From IMG/VR virus record IMGVR_UViG_3300032030_000042: DNA of 32,380 nt; one strand, 5' to 3'. The notes under the pieces are model-generated. The model searched no databases, was not told the origin of the DNA, and worked only from the letters and a program-made list of their open reading frames with translations. How positions within the stretch are numbered: the first letter of the stretch is position 1; each line of letters starts with the position of its first letter. Below are positions 1 to 10,439 of this stretch, in pieces. The DNA comes from an uncultured virus (IMG/VR IMGVR_UViG_3300032030_000042) (taxonomy: Duplodnaviria; Heunggongvirae; Uroviricota; Caudoviricetes). The position numbers and the translations under genes are program-made.

Positions 1-406
1 CAAGATGAAGATGCGGACCAGTAGAAGCACCACAGTTAGGTTTATCGTTTGTTGCTCCTCCGGAATACGCTAATGGTTGTCCAGCAGTATAAGTTCTACC
101 AACCTGAATACCATTGAAAATTCTACTCAAATGATGAAACAAAATATAAAAATCAATGCCATTAACATTACGTTTTAAAATAATGTGTAATCCAGCACCA
201 TTAGCTTGCACTCCTATTGAAAAAACAGTAGCAGTCCATGGAAAACATAATAATGTACCAGATGGAATATCTATATCAATTCCATTATGATTTTTTATTG
301 TTCCGCTACCAAATGGGTCTTTTCTTTTACCAAAATCTGAAGTGATTATCAGCCTTGTATTATACCCATAGATAAATTTACTGAAAGTTGGTATATTAAT
401 CATCAT
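1..406 (-). CDS. M23-family peptidase (tail-associated lysin/baseplate protein); 3' end truncated by window edge, absent from ORF track
   Basis: Manual translation from ATG at 406/403: MMINIPTFSKFIYGYNTRLIITSDFGKRKDPFGSGTIKNHNGIDIDIPSGT...FHHLS...GASTGPHLHL. Contains the HxxxD and HxH zinc motifs of M23 peptidases and overlaps the stop of the upstream gene. Confidence 0.88.
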   Translation of the reverse strand, partial: MMINIPTFSKFIYGYNTRLIITSDFGKRKDPFGSGTIKNHNGIDIDIPSGTLLCFPWTATVFSIGVQANGAGLHIILKRNVNGIDFYILFHHLSRIFNGIQVGRTYTAGQPLAYSGGATNDKPNCGASTGPHLHL

Positions 407-1781
407 TTTGTTTCTTTTTAGGTTCTAAATGAGTGAATTTTGTTCGTTCGTCTCCCCATGAATCAAATAAACTTCCTGGAACAACTTCAATGTTTGATAA
501 TTGCGAAAGAATGCCCTTTATTACAAAATCAATATCTTTATTAATAGCATTAGCAAACACATCAATTTCTCCTCCAAGACGACGCAAACGACGCATAGGA
601 TTAGCGGTAAATCCTCTTAAATAGTCAACACCCTGCATATCGCCTTGAACAGAATCGTTATAATTAGCAAATAACTTATTTGATTCATAGGCAGTTGAAA
701 TATTAAAGAAGAAAGAACCATCATCGAGTAAAAGTTTCATTAAATCACGACCAGTAATCTCAACATATGCAGAGGCATTTTCTTCATTAGTCACAACCCT
801 TACTGAATCAACTAATCCAATCATATCATAAACTCCATAATGTAAATTACGTTCATAATTCTTAAATTCGTTTGATTTACCCCACGAACTTTTACCAGCA
901 GTACCATCTTCTCGCTCAAACCATTCATAAGTTGCTTCCATTTCCAATCTTTCCATTGAAAGTAAAAGTAAATCATTATTGCTTATTAACCAAGAAAAAT
1001 AGTCTTTTAAATAAGGTATATTTTGATTCGTCTTTGCGTAATATTGACTTTCGCCGTATTTATCGGCTTCATAAGAAACGCTTATGCTTGACAAATTTTC
1101 TGGGTCAGATTCTTGATACCAGTTTCCTGCTTTAAAGTTTTTGCGTCTTATTATAGGTAATTTTATCGTAAACGTCCCGCCATTAGGAGTAACAGAAATA
1201 TTCATGGCAATAACATACTCACTAATATCATGCCATTGTAATGAATCGGGACTTGCATTAATACTATTAGTCCTCCCTTTTGAACCAGTGCCAAAATTAT
1301 ACGAACTTTTAAACCACCCAATAACTGTACAATCAGGACGTTGTTTTGATACATTTCCCTCATTTCCTTCTGCTACATAACCCTCGTCCTGCATTATATT
1401 CTGAATCTTTTCATCCAAAAATGCAACATAATCATTAGTGTTTACCTGCAAATTACTTTGAATAATGGCTATTTCAGCCTTAATGTCGTTTGGATTTACC
1501 TTTAATGCAGATGGATATGGTAAATATGAATAAATAGTTAAATCATCGGCAGAATTTGGATATTTACCACTCCTTTTTTCTTCAGATTTTTTATCGTTAA
1601 TGGTATATTGACTCCAAATGAAAGTTCTATTTACATCAAGTAAATTTTTAGCAACATCATTCTGACTTCTATCAGGATTTTGTGCATCATATATGTAATT
1701 TAACTTAACAAAATCAACTATCGTAATATCCTTTCTTCTTACAGGAAGGATAATGATATCGTTATTATTTTCTTGTGCCAT
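396..1781 (-). CDS. Putative baseplate hub protein
   Basis: Lies directly after the tape measure gene. The segment GLVDSVRV...VEITGRDLMKLLLD resembles hub/tail-lysin N-terminal domains of SPO1/Twort-like myoviruses. Confidence 0.6.
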   Translation of the reverse strand: MAQENNNDIIILPVRRKDITIVDFVKLNYIYDAQNPDRSQNDVAKNLLDVNRTFIWSQYTINDKKSEEKRSGKYPNSADDLTIYSYLPYPSALKVNPNDIKAEIAIIQSNLQVNTNDYVAFLDEKIQNIMQDEGYVAEGNEGNVSKQRPDCTVIGWFKSSYNFGTGSKGRTNSINASPDSLQWHDISEYVIAMNISVTPNGGTFTIKLPIIRRKNFKAGNWYQESDPENLSSISVSYEADKYGESQYYAKTNQNIPYLKDYFSWLISNNDLLLLSMERLEMEATYEWFEREDGTAGKSSWGKSNEFKNYERNLHYGVYDMIGLVDSVRVVTNEENASAYVEITGRDLMKLLLDDGSFFFNISTAYESNKLFANYNDSVQGDMQGVDYLRGFTANPMRRLRRLGGEIDVFANAINKDIDFVIKGILSQLSNIEVVPGSLFDSWGDERTKFTHLEPKKKQNDD

Positions 1782-3817
1782 TATCTATTTCCTCCTCCTG
1801 AAGCAATTGGTGGTGTAGCATTCCCCCAAACCCTACCATTTGTTCCTGTAACACCATCACGTATTTCAGTCAATAAAATTTTAATATCATTTACCGCACG
1901 TGTCCAACCAGCCGTCATTTCAGTAGCATCTCTAAACGCTTGTTCACCCCAACCGGAAGTCCAATCTCGTTTATTTGGGTCACCACCGCCCTTTGTATAA
2001 TATTCATAGAATGAAGCAAAACCACCAGTATTAAAATGATTTATATATTCATCCAAGCGGTCTGGAGAAATATTAGGAAATAAATTTTTGAAAACAAAAT
2101 AACCCATTTGCGTGTCTGTACCGCCGAACTGTTCTGTTAAGCGGTTCATCACTGCTTCTAATATTTTCGCTTCATTTTCAGGATTACGTATCGCTCTATC
2201 AATCAAATCTGCACGACCGCCAGTTTCAGGGAATAAATCAGAAACAGTACCATAAATTAACGCCTGCATGCGTTCATTCATTGGGTTCTGTATAGCATTC
2301 TGAAACGCTTGATAATCTGAACCGATACGAGCGTCTTGCGTTATACCTTGAACGCTAGACATTGCAGCAAGTATTCCATTAGCAACATCATAATCGGGTC
2401 TATCTTGCCGATTCATGAATGAAGCCATTATCTGTTGTTGAATATCGTACTTTTCTTGTACCCTTGTGAAATCTGTTGCTTCAACACCACTTTTTTCGAT
2501 TGATGAAAGTATGGCAACCATACGTTCTAATGCAGTTGTAACAGTAACGCCATATCGGTCGTACTGCGCACCTTTCATTAAAGAACCCTCATTTAAAGCA
2601 AACCCTTTTTCATATCCTATCTGACGCATGGTTTCATTAAACCAATTATCGGACATTCCTCTTGCTCTTATACGTTTTGCCGCTTCATCTCCAAATTCTT
2701 CAATGGAATTATATCCTAATTCGGTAATTGATGCACCATTATAAGTTAGACTTGGAATATTGCTTCTCAATTGAGTGATACCCTCGGCTCCGTGTAACCC
2801 CATTGCTGGAGCACGAAAACCTGCTATTCCTACCATCTTATTCCACGAATCAGCACTGCCAGTAAGCCAATCTCCTATCCCTGCTATTAAACCAACCCAA
2901 CCGAGCATTTTAGTCATAGAACCCATGTTCATGCCTTTCATAGCACCAAACATAGCGGCACCGCCCAAGGCTGTATCCATAATGCTTCCGCCCTCAATAC
3001 CACGAAATAATTGTTGTACACCGCCTAATGCTCGTGTAGTGGGGTCATAAAATCGCTTGCTCTGCTCTGAAACGCTATCTGAAGTTTCACCCCTTAACAC
3101 AGCGTTGAGTTTGTTGCTTACCTCACGCAATTCACGACTTGCTGCGGCTGCTTCCTCTTCTGTAGGTGCAGCGTCACGCTTTTGAATTATCTCACGCTGT
3201 TGTTCGCGTAATTTAGCAATATAAGAACTTTCCGCACCACCTCTTGCTTCTGTTTCAAAATGTTTAGTAAGTTCTTCTATTGCTTTTGTTAAACGTTCAT
3301 CCGCTAATTGTAATTCTTGCTGCTCGTTTTCTTTAGATAATGTAGCGTTTACTGCTTCAAAGTCAGCATAGATTTGCTTCCTTTCTTCACCAAAAGCCTT
3401 ATAATATGGATAATACCCAGTATATCTTAACTTTTCTTCATTATCTTCTAAATCATATTTCTTTAAAAATTCTTTGCGTCTTCTTTCAACATCAGCAAGC
3501 CTTTCATCACGCTCTCTTTCATTAGCAATTTTCTGCTGCTCATATTCTGAATGAATTTCTTGCCGTTTATTTTGCCGCAAACTTTGCCCATACTGATTAA
3601 TAATTTGCGACATAGATGCAGAACCTGGAACCATAACAACTCCACGTTGCTGCATTTCACGACGTATATCTTCAACCATACGTTGATTAAAAGCGGTATC
3701 TCCCGTGCTAGGAGTACCGCCACCACCCTGAGTTCCCCAAGTTCGGTTATTAACGTCATTCAGAGTTTGCTGTAAATCTGAAGCGTTTCCTCGTATATTA
3801 ACAACTACATCAGCCAT
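1781..3817 (-). CDS. Tape measure protein
   Basis: Follows the tail chaperone pair. MADVVVNIRGNAS N-terminus, long coiled coil and a Gly/Ala-rich hydrophobic middle segment. Confidence 0.75.
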   Translation of the reverse strand: MADVVVNIRGNASDLQQTLNDVNNRTWGTQGGGGTPSTGDTAFNQRMVEDIRREMQQRGVVMVPGSASMSQIINQYGQSLRQNKRQEIHSEYEQQKIANERERDERLADVERRRKEFLKKYDLEDNEEKLRYTGYYPYYKAFGEERKQIYADFEAVNATLSKENEQQELQLADERLTKAIEELTKHFETEARGGAESSYIAKLREQQREIIQKRDAAPTEEEAAAASRELREVSNKLNAVLRGETSDSVSEQSKRFYDPTTRALGGVQQLFRGIEGGSIMDTALGGAAMFGAMKGMNMGSMTKMLGWVGLIAGIGDWLTGSADSWNKMVGIAGFRAPAMGLHGAEGITQLRSNIPSLTYNGASITELGYNSIEEFGDEAAKRIRARGMSDNWFNETMRQIGYEKGFALNEGSLMKGAQYDRYGVTVTTALERMVAILSSIEKSGVEATDFTRVQEKYDIQQQIMASFMNRQDRPDYDVANGILAAMSSVQGITQDARIGSDYQAFQNAIQNPMNERMQALIYGTVSDLFPETGGRADLIDRAIRNPENEAKILEAVMNRLTEQFGGTDTQMGYFVFKNLFPNISPDRLDEYINHFNTGGFASFYEYYTKGGGDPNKRDWTSGWGEQAFRDATEMTAGWTRAVNDIKILLTEIRDGVTGTNGRVWGNATPPIASGGGNR

Positions 3818-4128
3818 TATTTGTCAAATTGCGCTAAATTTAAATTTTCGTAGTCTTCATCAATTTCTTCTTGCGTTAAACGAACACCATTATACTCATT
3901 GCCAACACTCACCTCATCTATTTCAGCCTGCTTCAATGCTTTCGTCATTTCCAAGGCTTCCTTATATTCTATCGCCATATCAATGAAAGACATTTCGCGG
4001 TGTTGCTTAGAACCAAAAGGAATATTGTATTTCTTTCTCCACCAATAGTCAATGAAGAATTGGTTCCAAGCAAACACAAACCGCTTAATGTCTTCATTTA
4101 AGTCACTCTGTTTTTTCTGCGTTTCCAT
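3817..4128 (-). CDS. Tail assembly chaperone, second ORF (T-like)
   Basis: Overlaps the upstream chaperone ORF and precedes the tape measure gene. Start is uncertain: ATG at 4140 or 4128, or expression by frameshift. Confidence 0.6.
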   Translation of the reverse strand: METQKKQSDLNEDIKRFVFAWNQFFIDYWWRKKYNIPFGSKQHREMSFIDMAIEYKEALEMTKALKQAEIDEVSVGNEYNGVRLTQEEIDEDYENLNLAQFDK

Positions 4129-4480
4129 TATCCGAAGCATTGAAGTTCTTCAATTCCTTCATCACGCTATCGTACCAAGGACGAATTTCTTTCGTATATG
4201 CATCAACAAATTGACGCATGCGTTCAGGCGATAATTCGGCATAATTCTTAATGTCTAAATATCGAGCAACATCCGGGACTACTACCTGAAGAAACGCAAT
4301 AGCATCTACCATGTCAAGAGCGTCATACATGGAAGCAACACCACTTTGAGCCATAACTCCGTAGCGGTTATTAGTTAATGCTTGCTTCAAACTTTCCATG
4401 TCAATCAACTGACCTACATTAGGAAAGTTAGCAATAAATTGATGTTCTCCGATTTTGAATCTTTTCTGTCTTTCAATCAT
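4103..4480 (-). CDS. Tail assembly chaperone (G-like)
   Basis: 125 aa ORF between the tail tube and tape measure genes. Confidence 0.65.
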   Translation of the reverse strand: MIERQKRFKIGEHQFIANFPNVGQLIDMESLKQALTNNRYGVMAQSGVASMYDALDMVDAIAFLQVVVPDVARYLDIKNYAELSPERMRQFVDAYTKEIRPWYDSVMKELKNFNASDNGNAEKTE

Positions 4481-4503
4481 AATTTTACAGTTTTATATTA
4501 ACA

Positions 4504-4541
4504 ATTAAAGCGGTAAAACCTAATGGTAATACCGCTTTAAT
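4504..4541 (-). terminator. Stem-loop, probable terminator after tail tube gene
   Basis: 12-bp inverted repeat ATTAAAGCGGTA...TACCGCTTTAAT in the intergenic gap; U-tract is weak. Confidence 0.6.
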
Positions 4542-4561
4542 AATAGTTGTTTTGTTACTCG

Positions 4562-5059
4562 TTATTGAGTGACGGGAAACAGAATTGGCTCAAGATACTC
4601 AAACTCGGTATCGCGTCCACTGATTTGTCCCTCTTGGATATCAAATCCTTCGCGAGTTACAAACGCCCCATTGACCTTTGCAAAGGTTTCGTACTTAACT
4701 TGCACCATACCAGTTTGCGGGTCAATCGCTCCATCTTTAACTTTTCTTAGTATAGAAATTTCCAATCCATCCTCCTGAAGAAGAATAGCGTTTGCCCAAT
4801 CTTCAATAGTTTGAGCATTACGGAAACTGCCCTTAGCAATTTTATTTGCCAAGAGATTGAAATTGATACTGTAGGAAGAACAAGACATAGAACCACTCCA
4901 TTCAATAGCGGGAAGTTCCTCAGGATTCAACCTACCAATACCAGTAACACGACCACGGCGAATATTCTCGGTGATACGGACGTTTTTCATCTTTCCAACT
5001 GTAACGCTATTAATTTGGATAATAGCCAGAGGAGCCGTCATTGTTTTTGTCTGTGGCAT
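4562..5059 (-). CDS. Tail tube protein
   Basis: 165 aa beta-rich ORF immediately after the sheath gene, with a GIGRLNPEE motif typical of SPO1/Twort-like tube proteins. Preceded by AAGGAG. Confidence 0.8.
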   Translation of the reverse strand: MPQTKTMTAPLAIIQINSVTVGKMKNVRITENIRRGRVTGIGRLNPEELPAIEWSGSMSCSSYSINFNLLANKIAKGSFRNAQTIEDWANAILLQEDGLEISILRKVKDGAIDPQTGMVQVKYETFAKVNGAFVTREGFDIQEGQISGRDTEFEYLEPILFPVTQ

Positions 5060-5076
5060 AATTTACTCCTTTCTTG

Positions 5077-6711
5077 TTAGAATGAAAAGTCCAAAATATT
5101 ACCCACGAAGAACGTCTTATTCACAGGTACATTCGGAACAAAATCGTAATACACAAAATAGTCACCATTATTAGCAACAACCTTGACGTTCCTCCAACTT
5201 ATAAGCAAATTATCATTGCCTGGAGATGCTACAAATGATGCGAGTTTAGTTTCGGTGAAATTCTTAACCGATTCAGGACTTGCTTGAGCAGCGGTGTTAC
5301 CAGTAAAACGAATTTGACCCTCAAGAATAAGTTCCTTATTCAATTGCGCCTTAATCAATTCAATGGAAAGTTCAAATGACTGACCATCAGGAGCAATCGT
5401 TCGTAAGTTATCTTGTAAAGTCGTAACTCCTTGGTTTACGCAGTAATAACCAGAAACATTGCGAATATGCATAATACCAGCCTGCAACGCCTTTTCACGT
5501 TCTTTTTTCTTCAGGTCATATGCAAAAGCATTATAACCAACACGCTTAAATGTAATTGGCGTTTGCGGTGCTAATCCCGCATTTAAACCGATAATATTGG
5601 CCGCAAGATAAATTGGTTCAAGTTGCTTAGTGCCATTATTGTTCTTACGAGTTACAACTGGAGCACCGTGAATAGTTACTACTTGACCGCTGTTGAAATA
5701 CTTAGCAATTGCCTCTGAAGTGTTTGACTCACCAAAAAGGTCAGTATCATCCTTTCCTCCAGGAATAACCATGAATTCGGTGTATTTTGCCTTTTGTTTG
5801 AGGTAAGTAAACAACTTACCATTAGTAGCAGCATCAACACCTGCTCCAGAAGCAGCGTTCAGATTAGTGCAAAGGAAGAATGTAATATCCATTTCATCAA
5901 TTGCTTCAAGAACATCATCGTATGCACCTTGAGCAGTGTAATCCGTAGTACCACCAGAAGCCAAAACTTGAGAAACAGCAGCAAGTTGAGTTGAAAGTTC
6001 GCCAGTAGTAGAAATGGTGAAATTAGCAATCATTACTTTACTATTAAGACACCAATCATACAATTGTTGCAAAGTTGTGAAGTCTTCAGATTCAGCAATC
6101 ATATCAGGTTGCGCTTCATCAAGTGTCTTGGTACCAAAAGGCTCGCCATATTCATCAACACCTTGGAAAGTTCCGCGAAATACTTGCAGTTTAAAAGTAT
6201 TGGCAGTAGCACCAGCAACAATAGCGGCAGCATAACCTACTTTCAAAACACTATTCACGAGAACGCCATTTCCTACAATACCCTCATTCTTACATTTAAG
6301 AACTAGAGCAACGGCTGGGTCGTCTCCTGAAGCAGCGGCAATTTCTAGTGTAATGCTTGCACACGTTGTTTGAGCAGCACGAACATAGAATAATTTTGGG
6401 GCACCTGCGTTGCCATTTCCTGGGATGAAGATTTGAGTGGCGATATCCGTCACTAAACCACCGCCCATAAAGGCACGGAAGTCTTCCAAGGAGTTGAATT
6501 CATAGACCGACTTGAGTCCAGAGGCAAGTTCTCCTTTAATGCCCGAACCACCAGCAAACTCGTAAGTGCCGTTCTTTGCCAACCCAGTGTCAATAATCAT
6601 GACGTTACCAAATTCAGCAACATTTATGACAGACGTTGGATTGTACACAGTAGCGGCATACGAACCAGGCTCGATGCATTTCTTGCCATTAAAATTAACT
6701 ACTGTAGCCAT
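5077..6711 (-). CDS. Tail sheath protein
   Basis: 544 aa with N-terminal PGSYA and C-terminal NQGVTT...ELS sheath-type motifs; expected synteny. Confidence 0.9.
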   Translation of the reverse strand: MATVVNFNGKKCIEPGSYAATVYNPTSVINVAEFGNVMIIDTGLAKNGTYEFAGGSGIKGELASGLKSVYEFNSLEDFRAFMGGGLVTDIATQIFIPGNGNAGAPKLFYVRAAQTTCASITLEIAAASGDDPAVALVLKCKNEGIVGNGVLVNSVLKVGYAAAIVAGATANTFKLQVFRGTFQGVDEYGEPFGTKTLDEAQPDMIAESEDFTTLQQLYDWCLNSKVMIANFTISTTGELSTQLAAVSQVLASGGTTDYTAQGAYDDVLEAIDEMDITFFLCTNLNAASGAGVDAATNGKLFTYLKQKAKYTEFMVIPGGKDDTDLFGESNTSEAIAKYFNSGQVVTIHGAPVVTRKNNNGTKQLEPIYLAANIIGLNAGLAPQTPITFKRVGYNAFAYDLKKKEREKALQAGIMHIRNVSGYYCVNQGVTTLQDNLRTIAPDGQSFELSIELIKAQLNKELILEGQIRFTGNTAAQASPESVKNFTETKLASFVASPGNDNLLISWRNVKVVANNGDYFVYYDFVPNVPVNKTFFVGNILDFSF

Positions 6712-6732
6712 TTTCTTTAATGTTAAAATATT

Positions 6733-7446
6733 TTAATCTTCTTGTTGAGTAATACTTGTTACATTGTTGTCGATAGGCGAACTTGCTTCACCTGAATGAA
6801 AATCAATAATTCTGTATATAGTATAAAAACGATTCATGACATTCTTTGTAAGTAATTGCGGAACATTATGCTCGTATTTAAAACCAATATTTAAAACCTT
6901 ATGAAAAATTGGTACTGGAATGAGGTCATCTTGCATAATAATATCATTTCCGCTAAAATGCGGAACACGCAAACCGAGTAATTCAAGTTGCGGTACGAGC
7001 ATTAATAACATACTTTTGAGAACGTTGTATATTACATTCACCTCAGCACTATTTACGCTCGTAATCATTACCTGATAATTACATTCATAAGTTTGCGTTA
7101 AATACATACGTTCTTCATCCTCAATATATCCTTCATCTTCACCAATAGCAGCAGTTGCTTGTTCAGAAGGAAGAATAATGTGTAGCGAAAGCAGTTTTGC
7201 TACTTCTTGATTGTAACCAAAATTAACTGATAAGTTGTTTTTGTTTGTAATAATCTTTTTTGCCTGCTTGAAGTAATTATAAAGGTTCATTTGTATAGGT
7301 GCGTCATCCTCATCAACCCCTAACAACCTATACAATATGGTTTTCGTGTCGTCTGCAGCATTTTCTTCGAGGTCTGTTCGTAGTAACCGAACGATGGTCT
7401 CAAGCGTGTTGTAGATGACGATTTCCGGCATTAATATTCCGCTCAT
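6733..7446 (-). CDS. Putative tail terminator/completion protein
   Basis: Directly upstream of the sheath gene; size and position fit. Confidence 0.55.
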   Translation of the reverse strand: MSGILMPEIVIYNTLETIVRLLRTDLEENAADDTKTILYRLLGVDEDDAPIQMNLYNYFKQAKKIITNKNNLSVNFGYNQEVAKLLSLHIILPSEQATAAIGEDEGYIEDEERMYLTQTYECNYQVMITSVNSAEVNVIYNVLKSMLLMLVPQLELLGLRVPHFSGNDIIMQDDLIPVPIFHKVLNIGFKYEHNVPQLLTKNVMNRFYTIYRIIDFHSGEASSPIDNNVTSITQQED

Positions 7447-8243
7447 AAAATTTCCTCCAAATAATTAGTTACTTCATTTTCCACAATTCCTTCAACATCC
7501 GTAGCATCAATTGCCTTTTGAGCAAAACCCCTGGGTGAAAGACCTTTATGTATCCACGCCAGTGGGTCGCTATTAGCACCTGCTCTACGAAATGTTCCAT
7601 AGGTATTTTGAGTTGTTTTTGCGTAAACAGCAGTGCGTTTTGTTAATCCCTCATAAATGGAATTCTTGTGCTGGTATTTGCCATACACCACTATTCCATT
7701 TTGCATAATGGCTTCACGGGATTTAGGTATATCGTATGGACTTGGTATTTCACCTGCCGTCAACGGACTGCGGCTTGCCCTATGAACCATAGCGTCATAT
7801 ATTTCCTGAGGCATCTCACCGCTAAATCCTGCCTGACCAAGTGTTCCTGGTACTCCAATACGAAACGGAATAGTTAAATACCAATCGCCTCCAGCATAGA
7901 CTTGCGCACCTTTTGCATTATAAACAGGAATTGTGTATTTTACCTTATCGCTCTTTTTGAATCCTTCCTTCATATCAAAGGCACTTGCGCCTTGTTCTAG
8001 CATATTAGGAAGAACGCCAGTAAGAACAATTTGTTTAGCAAAACGACCCTTATCTACCTTAATGAGATGATTCGTGTATTCCTCGGCAGTACCTTTTAAT
8101 TCACGACGAGCAATACTTTGCCAATTTTGAAAAATAATTGCCGTAACCTCATTGACGCACGTTTCGGTTAATGTATCAATGACGCTTGCAGCGAGCCCAA
8201 ACTGCGCTTGTAAACCCGACAAATCAATAATTACAGGACTCAT
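7443..8243 (-). CDS. Putative neck/tail completion protein
   Basis: Synteny; LEQGASAFDMK, WYLTIPFR and TFRR..NSDP.AWIH motifs resemble Twort-like neck-region proteins. Confidence 0.6.
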   Translation of the reverse strand: MSPVIIDLSGLQAQFGLAASVIDTLTETCVNEVTAIIFQNWQSIARRELKGTAEEYTNHLIKVDKGRFAKQIVLTGVLPNMLEQGASAFDMKEGFKKSDKVKYTIPVYNAKGAQVYAGGDWYLTIPFRIGVPGTLGQAGFSGEMPQEIYDAMVHRASRSPLTAGEIPSPYDIPKSREAIMQNGIVVYGKYQHKNSIYEGLTKRTAVYAKTTQNTYGTFRRAGANSDPLAWIHKGLSPRGFAQKAIDATDVEGIVENEVTNYLEEIL

Positions 8244-9085
8244 TTTCTATCCCTAGCTGGTATTACAGTGTTTTCAAAACTTTCCTCGCCGAACTTTTGC
8301 GCATCAAAAATAAAGTGCGCCTTGCGTGCAAGAACGTTAATTGGCATTTGACGCAATGTGTACTCATCGTACGAACATAATTTACTTTCCCTAACTTTCA
8401 TCAACTCACGATTCACATCAATAACATGATATACTGGGAAGTGGGAATAGCGTATCGAGATTGCTATTGGTATTTCAGTACGACTTTTGATATTCATATC
8501 ATCAATACTTACTTTATCAACAATGCCATCAACAAAAACAATCTTATTCCCTTGTACACTATATTCGTCGGGAGTAATAGGCATCAACCTTTCATCGTCA
8601 TCCGTAAACATAAACATATCTGTAATTTCCAATGGTTCGTAAACTGGATATGCGATGATTTGATTTTGATAATATATTGGACGTATAATTTCAGAATAGA
8701 ATTCCTCCAACTGAGTAAGAATTATCCTATCCATGAAACCAAGTTTGTCAATTCCTTTCGTAGTAATAGAAGCGGTTCCTCTATTAACCTCACTCCATTC
8801 TTCATAACGCTTTTTGCTATCCATATGTTGAGCAATCAAGCGTGTTTCGGTGCGATTTACAAAGAACCAACCCTTACCAAGACAATTTTTACAAGTGCTT
8901 AACGCTTGTCCTGTTGCCTTATCAACGCAGGGACAACGCATAGCGTGGTCAATTAAAGCATCATATCCCTGCGTCTGTATTAGCGTTTCAAAACGATTAA
9001 CGTCCCAGCCAACTCTCGGATTCATAGGAGCAGCCGGAGTTTGATACGCTATTGGTTTATCTACTATAATGCTTTTTTCGGGCAT
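8240..9085 (-). CDS. Putative head closure/neck protein with Zn-finger
   Basis: CPC-x10-CKNC-x-GKG motif; position after the adaptor gene as in Twort-like phages. Confidence 0.6.
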   Translation of the reverse strand: MPEKSIIVDKPIAYQTPAAPMNPRVGWDVNRFETLIQTQGYDALIDHAMRCPCVDKATGQALSTCKNCLGKGWFFVNRTETRLIAQHMDSKKRYEEWSEVNRGTASITTKGIDKLGFMDRIILTQLEEFYSEIIRPIYYQNQIIAYPVYEPLEITDMFMFTDDDERLMPITPDEYSVQGNKIVFVDGIVDKVSIDDMNIKSRTEIPIAISIRYSHFPVYHVIDVNRELMKVRESKLCSYDEYTLRQMPINVLARKAHFIFDAQKFGEESFENTVIPARDRK

Positions 9086-9090
9086 AATAA

Positions 9091-9888
9091 TTAAAGTATT
9101 TCAAATGGAATGCCACGATATTTGCTACTCAAAATCGGTAACATTCTTTCCAAATCGTCGATATAAGTTTTAATTCTACCTCCAAACAGACCACCGCTGC
9201 TACTGCGTGTCAGAGGAGTGCTTTGACTTACTCCATCAAGCGTAATTTGAACCGAAGTTAAACCAATGCCATAGAGTATATCACCAATTACAGCAAGAAC
9301 ATTCATTGCTGCTATTTTTGCAACAAATTCCAACAAATCTGCAGGAACTTTATCCCAACCAGTGATATAACGCATACGCCAGTAGTTGGGAATGTACGTT
9401 TGACCAAACCAAGCAAGGTGTGGCGAAATACCATTATAGATTAACGAATTTTGCGTCATTGTAGCACCCTCACGGCTTCCTGTATTAGGAATTAAGTACA
9501 CATTACGATATACCGCTACATCCTCTTGCTTTTTGATAGAAAGCCATTCTCTAGGATATTGGATTTGACATACATCATTAATCCAACCTTGCAAATTGTC
9601 AATGTAATTAATAGGATACATTGTCCTGATAAATCCCCACGACATAAACTCTTGTCGATTGAAGTCTCTGTTTTCCTCAATTACCTGCTTGGTCAACTTA
9701 ATGTTAAATAAATTTTCCACTTGCGTTTGTGCGCTCTGAATATGCTGAATTATTGACTCCTTCGACATTTTACGTCCATCGTTAGAACACATTGGGATGC
9801 CAAACAAGTAATTATTCAACAATTCTTCAGGAGAAATAACCATCTCCATGTTGCGGTTATAAAGTATTTCCAAAGACAGTTTAGACAT
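9091..9888 (-). CDS. Putative head-tail adaptor protein
   Basis: YITGW..VPADL and ITLDGVSQS adaptor-like motifs; second gene after the capsid gene. Confidence 0.65.
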   Translation of the reverse strand: MSKLSLEILYNRNMEMVISPEELLNNYLFGIPMCSNDGRKMSKESIIQHIQSAQTQVENLFNIKLTKQVIEENRDFNRQEFMSWGFIRTMYPINYIDNLQGWINDVCQIQYPREWLSIKKQEDVAVYRNVYLIPNTGSREGATMTQNSLIYNGISPHLAWFGQTYIPNYWRMRYITGWDKVPADLLEFVAKIAAMNVLAVIGDILYGIGLTSVQITLDGVSQSTPLTRSSSGGLFGGRIKTYIDDLERMLPILSSKYRGIPFEIL

Positions 9889-9919
9889 ATCAGGACAATG
9901 TTGTTAAGGTTGTGTAATC

Positions 9920-10351
9920 TTATTTACTTGCCTCATCGTATTTCTGGAGGAGGAAAGTACGCATGAGTTTCTTAGTGTTGATAGAAGCATACTCGCTTTC
10001 AGCGATACCAGCCTCAGCAGCGTACTTTTTCATTTCTTCTAGGCTCATACTAACAAACATTTTCTCAATTTCTTTGCGCTCGTTTTCCTCATCAGTAGTT
10101 TCTGTTTCAGAAGCAGCGTCTACAACCTCATCTTTTACTTGTGGTTCCTGACTTTGCTCTTCTACTTCTGCATCCTTTTCAGCAGTACTCTTACCGCTTA
10201 CGAATGCCCAGTCTGAAGTGCCTTTAACAAGCATAGTTGCACACTTAGGCGAAACATCGGCAATGCCGTTTTTGTCGATACTAATAAGACCATCGATAGG
10301 TACGATGAGTTGCATAGCAACAATTGTTGGATTAATGGCTTTAATCTTCAT
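9920..10351 (-). CDS. Hypothetical head-associated protein (acidic linker, C-terminal Rho_N/HeH-like helices)
   Basis: Follows the capsid gene; contains MSLEEMKKYAAEAGI...TKKLMRTFL. Confidence 0.5.
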   Translation of the reverse strand: MKIKAINPTIVAMQLIVPIDGLISIDKNGIADVSPKCATMLVKGTSDWAFVSGKSTAEKDAEVEEQSQEPQVKDEVVDAASETETTDEENERKEIEKMFVSMSLEEMKKYAAEAGIAESEYASINTKKLMRTFLLQKYDEASK

Positions 10352-10375
10352 ATTTCTTTATTTTTAAAAGTTTGT

Positions 10376-10422
10376 AAAAAGAAGAAACGAGGGAGGGCAA
10401 TACACCCTACCCTCGTTCTTTT
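10376..10422 (-). terminator. Rho-independent terminator after major capsid gene
   Basis: Minus strand GAACGAGGGTAGGG-loop-CCCTCCCTCGTTTC followed by TTCTTTTT. Confidence 0.85.
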
Positions 10423-10439
10423 GAATTGATGGCTTTGGT

